Shown here: piece after piece, positions 51,141 through 58,311 of the stretch
How positions within the stretch are numbered: the stretch's first letter is position 1
Layout: each line of letters opens with the position of its first letter
DNA from: Candidatus Bathyarchaeota archaeon
Lineage (GTDB): Archaea; Thermoproteota; Bathyarchaeia; Bathyarchaeales; Bathycorpusculaceae
Length of the DNA stretch: 64,000 bases
Reading direction: 5' to 3'
Assembly: GCA_963715865.1 (NCBI GenBank)
Contig: OY970280.1
Coordinates: 256,001-320,000, forward strand
Notes under the pieces: generated by a model
Seen by the model: only the letters and a program-made list of their open reading frames with translations
Databases searched by the model: none
What the model was told of the DNA's origin: nothing
Made by a program: the position numbers and the translations under genes

Positions 51141-51530
51141 AATGGTGTTCCGAAAAACGTCAAAGTTCAAGTCAAAGTGCAAAAAGAAGCAGGCACCGTA
51201 ATGGCAGATTCGGATATACTAAAGCGTATTTTAGGCAACCTAGTAACCAACGCAGTTCAAGCCATGCCAGAAGGCGGAAAACTCTCCATACAAGCCTACA
51301 AAGAAGCAAATGACTCAATCATAACCGTAGCGGACACAGGCGTAGGCATACCTGAAGAAGCCCAGGAAAAACTGTTTACACCATTGTTTACGACCAAATC
51401 TAAGAGGCAGGGATTTGGCTTAGCTGTGGTTAAGCGTATGACTGAATCGCTAGGCGGAACTGTCACATTTGAAAGTCAAGAGGGCAAAGGCACTAAATTC
51501 ATGATACGTTTGCCCCCCCCGAAGAGATAA
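51141..51530 (+). pseudogene. N-terminally truncated histidine kinase (HATPase only)
   Basis: NLVTNAVQAM, DTGVGI, FTTK..GFGL present; no HisKA His box upstream. Confidence 0.75.
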
Positions 51531-51557
51531 ACGGTAAATTGGTCTTCAAAAAATGAA

Positions 51558-51740
51558 TTAGCCTTTGACGCAAGAATTTAATGTGTCTTTACCGCAAGTT
51601 AAATCGGATTCTGGTGGTGGCTTAAAGAACATATTCTCGAAGTGAAGTTCCATCCACTCGCTTCTCGACCTTTTCTGGTTTGAAGCTTGATCTATTTATG
51701 GTAAGATGCCATTAAACATACTCTGCTATCTTGCCTGAAA
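51558..51740 (-). pseudogene. Broken ribbon-helix-helix gene, paralog of 53464-53601
   Basis: IDQASNQKRSRSEWMELHFENMFF, with an in-frame TAA immediately upstream. Confidence 0.6.
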
Positions 51741-51812
51741 CAAATAACAATTCAAATAAGCTAACTTAAACTAATACAGGCTGCTTTGGAAGCTTCAACA
51801 TAATATAAATAG

Positions 51813-53432
51813 TTGTTGTTTTATAGTGCTATTATGGTTTCAGATTTTTTAGAGGCGGTCGAAGAGGCTTTTTTAATTAAAACAGGCGCCTTAGACCAAA
51901 TCACAGATGCCATAATAACAGTTGATAATGAAGACAGGCTTATTTATCTAAACAAAGCCGCTGCAGAACAATACGCTATAGATAAAAACAAAGCCCTTGG
52001 CTTAAAACTAAAAGTCCTATATCGACAGTTATGGTTTACGCCCGACGCTGAACAGGAAGCTGCTTTGTCTTTAAAAGAGAAAGGCTACTATCAAGGCACT
52101 AACGTTCACGTTAGACCCAAAGGCCAAAAGGCTGTTATTGAATCTGTTGTTACTGTGCTTAAAGACAAATCAGGCAACAAAGTTGGCTTAATGTCTATAA
52201 TGCGTGATATTACCGATAGAGTAAACGTAGCAGATTGGCTAGTTGAAAGCAATCAGCGACTAAACTATGCAATTGAGGCTTCTGGAATGATGATATATGA
52301 AATTGATCCTAAAACCAACAAAATTAACATCATCCGTGGCTTAGAAGAACTTCTTGGATACTCACCTGAAGAGGTACAATATAGTGTTGATTGGTGGATA
52401 AACCAAATCTTACCTGAAGATGTTCCTAAAGCTAAAGAACAATTCTACCCTACAAAAAACGTGAATAACATCGTAAATGAGTATCATATTCACCATAAAA
52501 AAGGCAACTATATTGTTGTTCGGGGCATAGCAAAAATTATAAAGGATACGACAGGAAAACGTGTGCGCATTATTGGTGGTATGCAAAATATTACCCAGTA
52601 CAAAGAAATGCAAGCTAAGCTTGAAGAGTACGCTAAGAATCTTGAGGGTTTAGTTGAAGAAAAAACTAAGCAGCTCACAAATGCACAAGTTAAGCTTGAA
52701 GAATACGCTAAGAATTTAGAGAAGTTAGTTGAAGAGCGAACTATGCAGCTTCAACATAAAGAACGCCTTGCAACTATTGGTCAAATCGCAGGCATGGTTG
52801 GTCATGATATTCGTAATCCATTGCAGGCTATTGTTAATGAATTATATTTTGCAAAGCAAACGATGACACAAGTGCCTGAAAACAAAAACAAGCAGGATAC
52901 GTTAGAGAGTATTAGTATTATTCAAGAACAAGTAGATTATATTAGTAAAATTGTTACTGATTTGCAAGATTATGCTAAGACACTGAAACCTGAAATTAAA
53001 GAAGTTGATTTGCCTGAGCTTATTGCAAGTTCATTTTCAATAATTAAGGTTCCAGAAAATATTGTGCTTACAGTAAATATTGAAGATCATCTAAAAATGA
53101 GAACAGACCCTACCTTCATCAGGCGGACATTAACGAATTTAGTCAACAATGCTATTCAAGCCATGCCTAAAGGTGGCAAATTAACTATAACTGCCTCACA
53201 AAAAGAAAACCAGACAACCATAACTGTTGAAGATACTGGCAAAGGCATCCCTGAAGAAATCAAGCCTAAACTCTTCACTCCCTTATTTACAACTAAGTCT
53301 AAAGGTCAAGGCTTCGGGTTGGCGGTGACTAAACGCTTAATTGAAGCATTGGGTGGCACCATAAGCTTTGAAAGCGAGGCAGGAAAAGGAACAATATTCT
53401 TCATTAAATTTTCCCCCAAGACTAAAAGGTGA
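51813..53432 (+). CDS. Two-PAS sensor histidine kinase
   Basis: Two PAS/PAC, GMVGHDIRNPL, NLVNNAIQAM, DTGKGI, GFGL; true start may be ATG 51834. Confidence 0.92.
   Translation: MLFYSAIMVSDFLEAVEEAFLIKTGALDQITDAIITVDNEDRLIYLNKAAAEQYAIDKNKALGLKLKVLYRQLWFTPDAEQEAALSLKEKGYYQGTNVHVRPKGQKAVIESVVTVLKDKSGNKVGLMSIMRDITDRVNVADWLVESNQRLNYAIEASGMMIYEIDPKTNKINIIRGLEELLGYSPEEVQYSVDWWINQILPEDVPKAKEQFYPTKNVNNIVNEYHIHHKKGNYIVVRGIAKIIKDTTGKRVRIIGGMQNITQYKEMQAKLEEYAKNLEGLVEEKTKQLTNAQVKLEEYAKNLEKLVEERTMQLQHKERLATIGQIAGMVGHDIRNPLQAIVNELYFAKQTMTQVPENKNKQDTLESISIIQEQVDYISKIVTDLQDYAKTLKPEIKEVDLPELIASSFSIIKVPENIVLTVNIEDHLKMRTDPTFIRRTLTNLVNNAIQAMPKGGKLTITASQKENQTTITVEDTGKGIPEEIKPKLFTPLFTTKSKGQGFGLAVTKRLIEALGGTISFESEAGKGTIFFIKFSPKTKR
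52617..52751 (+). repeat. 75-bp-period duplication in the kinase coiled coil
   Basis: aagcttgaagagtacgctaagaat at 52617 and aagcttgaagaatacgctaagaat at 52692 (KLEEYAKNLE.LVEE.T.QL twice). Confidence 0.85.
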
Positions 53433-53463
53433 ATGGGCCTTCAAGTAAGGGTTAGTTTTCTAA

Positions 53464-53601
53464 TTATTGCTGGGGAAAGAATAGGGTTTCAAAATGAAGC
53501 TCTATATATTCGCTTCTTGACCTTTTCTGCCGTGTTGCTTCTTGATCTATTTTTTGTAGTATGCGGTTTGAGGGGGCTATGCTTACTGGGTGTTTTCGCA
53601 T
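53464..53601 (-). CDS. Ribbon-helix-helix (CopG-like) protein, 45 aa
   Basis: MRKHPVSIAPSNRILQKIDQEATRQKRSRSEYIELHF; not in the ORF track. Confidence 0.7.
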   Translation of the reverse strand: MRKHPVSIAPSNRILQKIDQEATRQKRSRSEYIELHFETLFFPQQ

Positions 53602-53618
53602 GAGTCCTGAGCCTCTAA

Positions 53619-53972
53619 CTAGTTTTAGATTGTTCTCACCGACACTTCTCTAGAACCTTCAGAATACAAAGAACCAGAATCGCCAGCAAACTCAAAAACG
53701 ACCGCATACGCAAAATCCACTTTCACACGCTCCGGCACTGGAAAGCAACCATGGAATACGCCAAAACAAAAGATATCCTTCACGTCATGAAGATGCTTGG
53801 CCACAGAAACATTCAAAATACGTTGCTCTATACTCAGCTGATTAGCTTTGAGAACGATGAGTTCTTCTCTGCTACTGCTAAAACGGTTCAAGACGCCCAA
53901 AAACTAATTGAAGCAGGATTCGAATACGTCTGCGAGTTCAGTGATGTTAAAATCTTCAAGAAAAGGAAGTAA
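53619..53972 (+). mobile_element. Tyrosine recombinase/integrase C-terminal remnant (Xer-like)
   Basis: IHFHTLRHWKAT (HxxR), LGHRNIQNTLLY (H, Y); in-frame TAA at 53616, N-terminal half absent. Confidence 0.85.
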
Positions 53973-54180
53973 CTATAATGTTGAAAAGAATTTGCCTCTT
54001 GGAAAGCATCCCGCTAGGGTTGTAGCCATAACTATTTGAAAAAATGGAAGATACGGAGGCTATGGATCCGATGATTACTGCAACACCTGCCCCAATTAAT
54101 ATTAGTCCTGCCATACCCCATACAATGCTCCAGCCAAACCAAGCACCTGCGGCTCTCCAAGCTCTTCCCCATGTTACCAT
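53956..54180 (-). pseudogene. Membrane protein gene probably truncated at the integrase end
   Basis: gggaggtga RBS, TM N-terminus; frame runs into the antisense of the integrase 3' end. Confidence 0.5.
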
Positions 54181-54228
54181 TAGTTCACCTCCCGTAGTTG
54201 CAGAAAGACTTGGTTTCGAATCACTTAG

Positions 54229-54490
54229 CTATGTGTATTTAAGGGTTTTCAGTTCTGCCTTATCATAGATTTCTCTCAGTAGCCTTATTCCCTTTGGCTT
54301 GTAATGTTTAGCAAGAACACTTTTCGATGCTCTACCCCGGAAAATGTCAATGTATCTGTCTGGAATCAAGCGCGCGCTAATCTCAGTAAAAACTAGGGGT
54401 TTATTGCATTTAATCAGGTGGTTCTCTCGGTCAGCTTCATGTCCTCTTCGCTGCGCAGTCGATATTCCATAAAGTCTATAAGCGCTGCCT
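54229..54490 (-). mobile_element. Second, unrelated archaeal (SSV-type-like) integrase remnant, internally deleted
   Basis: LIPDRYIDIFRGRASKSVLAKHY...LREIYDKAEL matches the archaeal DxxQGR...HY integrase tail; no start codon in frame. Confidence 0.65.
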
Positions 54491-54526
54491 TGGAAAGTTA
54501 CTTTTTATCAAACTCGGTGATAAATA

Positions 54527-54961
54527 ATGAGTAGAACAAAGAAAGACATTATGGTTCCAGGTCGAACTGCTGAGGAAATAAGGGTCCTTGTTCAAAAGTG
54601 GTTCGCTGAAAACGATGTAGAAGTGATTGACAACAAACCTAACTACATTAAAGGGCGCTGGGGAGTCGGGTTAGCCACTGCGCCCAAATACTTCCAAGTG
54701 TCTTTCCTACCAACGCAGGGGGGCGTAATCGCACAAACTGAAGGCTGGATAGGCGTATACGGAATTAGCGAGCAGAGTTTCTCGGCTACCGCTCTAATGG
54801 GCGGAATTCCGAGGCGAGAAGGCTGGCAAGCCATGGAGCGTTTATGGAGCACGTTGCAAGCGTTCTCAAAGACGCCGTCAAGATTCTGCCCTGCCTGTGG
54901 ACGAAGTATCATGGCTGAGAACGTGAATTTCTGTCCTCACTGCGGCAAGCCGTTAGGCTAA
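54527..54961 (+). CDS. Hypothetical protein with C-terminal double zinc ribbon
   Basis: CPAC..CPHC at the C-terminus. Confidence 0.7.
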   Translation: MSRTKKDIMVPGRTAEEIRVLVQKWFAENDVEVIDNKPNYIKGRWGVGLATAPKYFQVSFLPTQGGVIAQTEGWIGVYGISEQSFSATALMGGIPRREGWQAMERLWSTLQAFSKTPSRFCPACGRSIMAENVNFCPHCGKPLG

Positions 54962-54995
54962 AACCGCATTTTTGCTCGTCATTCTTTTTGCGCCA

Positions 54996-55376
54996 TCAGC
55001 ACTCTGTAGCCGCTTCGCGCGCCGCGCGCTTGCTTTGTGAAAGGGTATTGAGAAAACCGTAAAAAGCAATTTTTTTCTGAAATGGAATAAAGTCCTGCAA
55101 GAAGGCGTTTTTTTGGTTTAGCTCGAGAAGTTCGGTAACGAATGAGGTTACACTTTCCTCGTACTGTAAGTTAGGTGAGGCCCATGTGCTATTTATTTTG
55201 GCTTCTCTAACTGCCTTTGACATGTGAACTGATAGTCTTTTTGTAAACTCTGGCAATTCAGTCCATTCGAACGGGAAACAACCGATCAATGTTTGATAAA
55301 TATAATATTCTTCGTTCATGTTTGGAACAAGTTTGTTGTTTACGTTTTTCTTTTTTTGAGATTTAGCCTTGACCAT
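54996..55376 (-). pseudogene. treY: Internal fragment of maltooligosyl-trehalose synthase
   Basis: PNMNEEYYIYQTLIG, KAVREAK..STW..P...YE, NTLSQ; about 110 aa of a normally much longer enzyme. Confidence 0.75.
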
Positions 55377-55704
55377 TTTTTAATCTCAGTATAAAAGTTA
55401 TACTGTAACTGAATTAGGTTTATCAAATTAATCGTTTTATTCGGTTCAAATTCACTCTCTTTAGGTATTCCTTGAAAATTCTGTTTCAACTTGGCTGTTT
55501 CTTTGCTACTGTTTGTTACTGGTGCAGACAAGTAACGCCAATTTGGCTTGTAAATTAAGCGCTATTTTGCATGTTATACAACTAATTTGCAGCTATACTA
55601 AATCAATTGTGCTATTAATTGCTTGTTTTTTTGTTGTATCATAAAGAAATAACAAATATTTATTAGCGATTTTGACTTATCGAAGGTGTTGAAGGTGCAT
55701 TGAA

Positions 55705-56919
55705 TTGCATAGTAAGAATAAATCAACAATCGCTCTGGTCTTTATTGTTGCGCTCGCTGCTTCCCTATTCTCTAGTGCTGCCTTCTTTCTGCTATCAGCT
55801 CAAGGCCAACCAACCTCATCATTGCCATCTTCATCTTCAGCTTCATCTTCGTTGCTAAACAGCACGTATATTTCGCAGTCATTGGGTACACCACTCGTCA
55901 TAGCGAACAATCAAACTGGTGTTATAAGTGCTATCTTGATTAGGCAATCTCCTACTGTAACAGAGCCTGGTGGAATTATTGACAACAACTTTACGTTGAT
56001 GAATACTGTTGTAGAGTTTACGGTTCCAAGCAATCAGACAACTGATAATCAAACGGTGTTCGCTACAGGATTTTTCAGTTTGCTTGAAAATGAAACAAAC
56101 TTAGTCGTTCAAAAAGTAGTCAGCTATAATTGGACCGTTCTGGATCTGGCGCCATACAGTGTACAGGATACACCTAAGCTTCAGTTCTTGCATTGGGCCA
56201 CGATGGGTAACCTGACAACCATAGTTTCAGACATCAAATCAATTGCTGGCAACACTACCATTACTGGCAACTCCACGACTACTACCAGTGGTACAATGCC
56301 AACTACTGCGCCTCAGACAACGTTAAATGGAACATACATTGCTAACGCATTAAACGGGACACTGGTTAACGGGACAGCCCTCGTTGACGTAATGTTGCCC
56401 AGGATGGACGTTAACATCACGTCTGCACTGTTCCCAGGCATTAATCTCAGTGAGTTTACCTCCATGGGATCAATGATTGAGTTTATGTCAATGCCTAACG
56501 CGACTACCGCAACAGGGACTTCTACAACCACTGGCAACAATACAACGGTGATGGTAATGGGTGAATTTGCACTCAAGGAAAGTGAGATTAACGCAGTTGA
56601 AAAAGTGTTTGGCAATCTGACTGCTTATCCGCTGATAACTAACGTTACGATAACGGCTATCCACGATCACTTCTTGGAAGAAACACCGAAAATGGTGTTT
56701 ATGCACTTTGAGATAACAGGCGACCAAAACCAGACAATTCAACTGCTAAACCAAGCAATAAACCAAACTAGCATGTTCGGAAACATGACTACAACGACCA
56801 CAACAACACCTAACATAAGCACACCCAGCGCTACACCAACGACTACTCCTAATACAGGCACTAGTTCAGGAGCATGTACTGGCACAGAAAACGGGACAAC
56901 GGGTACTGGAGCAGGTTAA
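55705..56919 (+). CDS. Secreted tandem DUF1259/LppY-LpqO-like protein with Thr-rich linkers
   Basis: Signal peptide; two related units (GFFSLLENE..V / GEFALKESE..V; FLHW / HDHFLEETPKMVFMHF). Confidence 0.7.
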   Translation: MHSKNKSTIALVFIVALAASLFSSAAFFLLSAQGQPTSSLPSSSSASSSLLNSTYISQSLGTPLVIANNQTGVISAILIRQSPTVTEPGGIIDNNFTLMNTVVEFTVPSNQTTDNQTVFATGFFSLLENETNLVVQKVVSYNWTVLDLAPYSVQDTPKLQFLHWATMGNLTTIVSDIKSIAGNTTITGNSTTTTSGTMPTTAPQTTLNGTYIANALNGTLVNGTALVDVMLPRMDVNITSALFPGINLSEFTSMGSMIEFMSMPNATTATGTSTTTGNNTTVMVMGEFALKESEINAVEKVFGNLTAYPLITNVTITAIHDHFLEETPKMVFMHFEITGDQNQTIQLLNQAINQTSMFGNMTTTTTTTPNISTPSATPTTTPNTGTSSGACTGTENGTTGTGAG

Positions 56920-57165
56920 AGTCCCACTCCCAATTGTACGGGTTCCACTAGCACAGCATTACCCGGGACATCATCCACAACAACGCTTAGCATGTCGTCA
57001 TCTCTGCCAGAGTTTCCAGCAGCAATACTAACTCTTGCGGTCGTACTTTTAGCAAGCGCAGTAGCCGCAGTATTTGCATACAAAAGAAGAAGCCCAGCTC
57101 CAACTAGCCTGAAAGACCATCCACTAAGGAACATACACAGGAACATAGGCTCCCATAACAGATAG
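56920..57165 (+). pseudogene. In-frame continuation after TAA encoding a Thr/Ser linker and PEF-CTERM anchor
   Basis: SPTPNCTG...SLPEFPAAILTLAVVLLASAVAAVFAYKRR in the same frame as 55705-56919. Confidence 0.8.
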
Positions 57166-57470
57166 TTAATCTGGATCAGGCAAGCGTAGAGCCTCATTTT
57201 CTTTTTTTTCTTTGCGGGTCAGTAGAACAGCTCTTGCAAGCAAACACAACGAACGATGAAAGCTTTTTCGTGCGGAAGGCTTGGTAAGTTTTTTTTTTGT
57301 AAAATCTACATCAACAAATGTCAATTAAATTTGTTTTTAGCTTTAACTCAAAAAACTGGAGCAGAAATGCCGATTTTGTTTGTTTCTAATGTTGAACTTC
57401 CAATTATTAATGTAATCAAAGAAAACGATATTATCTAAGGTTGATTCGCAACCGTAGGCATAGTACTTAG

Positions 57471-57818
57471 TACAAAACAAGAAAGACAACAAACTCCAGA
57501 AACGCAGTTGAAGAAGCAGTAATTCCATATCGAGCAAACCAGAAACGAGACGTCAAAGGCCTTCTCAGAGTGGATCGGAAGTTTCGAACCTATGGACCGG
57601 AAGACCAGAAAAGAGAATATCACAAGAGACCACACATAGAGGCGGTCTACAGCTTCCTGAAGACACAGTATAACCTAGCCATGAACAAAGTCAGAGGCTT
57701 GAAAAACGTCGCCTCGTACGCCCTCTTCAGCGTGTTGTGCTTGGTTCTGAACAGAGAGGCAGCAGAGAACATTGGAAGACCAGACAAAGCAGTCTCACCA
57801 ACCTACTTCAATACGTAA
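57471..57818 (+). mobile_element. DDE transposase C-terminal remnant (IS4/IS5-like)
   Basis: AVIPYR...YHKRPHIEAVYSFLK (Y-2-R-3-E-6-K-like), VRGLKNV; N-terminus absent. Confidence 0.75.
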
Positions 57819-57839
57819 TAAAGGGACAAGGCAGCGCGC

Positions 57840-57985
57840 TACTGACGGGTTCGAAAGGACAGTGTTGAAGCAGCGGTCCCTAACTGACGCGTACAGGTTG
57901 CCCTGGCGGATTTCGATGTTGGACGTGTGGTTTTTTTCGCGTTTTGCCTAGCCAAGAGGACGGCGCGTCGATTAGCGCGCGCGCT
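57840..57985 (-). pseudogene. Frameshifted class I SAM methyltransferase fragment (RsmC/MTS-like)
   Basis: NRRAVLLARQNAKK, frameshift in an A7 run, then NIEIRQGNLY...FNTVLSNP. Confidence 0.6.
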
Positions 57986-58003
57986 CCATACAATAACAAA
58001 GGA

Positions 58004-58031
58004 AGGTTTGGTAAGCATATTTACCAAACAT
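58004..58031. other. dif-like tyrosine recombinase site
   Basis: AGGTTTGGTAA-GCATAT-TTACCAAACAT: 11-bp arms (10/11 inverted match), 6-bp spacer, TAA-N6-TTA core. Confidence 0.55.
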
Positions 58032-58049
58032 AGGCAAAAGTACTGCCTA
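58031..58049. terminator. Short hairpin downstream of tRNA-Pro
   Basis: TAGGCA-aaagtac-TGCCTA. Confidence 0.3.
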
Positions 58050-58066
58050 AAATTATGAAAAATAGG

Positions 58067-58145
58067 TGGTGGGGCCGCTGGGATTTGAACCCAGGATCGC
58101 ATACGCCCCAGGCATGTATCCTGAACCAAGCTAGACGACGACCCC
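58067..58145 (-). tRNA. tRNA-Pro(GGG), intronless, CCA encoded
   Basis: Cloverleaf: GGGGTCG/CGGCCCC acceptor, CATGC-CT-GGG-GC-GTATG anticodon arm, CTGGG-TTCAAAT-CCCAG T arm, ACCA end. Confidence 0.97.
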
Positions 58146-58311
58146 GTACGGCAGACCGGGAACCTGAGGCGATGTAGAGGAAACTGCTCTGAGGTTTATT
58201 TCCTTTTCCTGAAGAGTTTAACTTCGTCCTTTTCTCTGACGTTCGAATCCTGCTTTGATTTTTTGAGCTCTTGATTTTCTCATCAGAATAATTGCATAAA
58301 GCTTGTCATTC

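Noticed and set aside
56916-57197. 93-aa minus-strand ORF
   Set aside because: Antisense shadow of the PEF-CTERM tail on the plus strand
58241-58250. GTTCGAATCC T-loop-like motif
   Set aside because: Flanks do not form a T stem or cloverleaf
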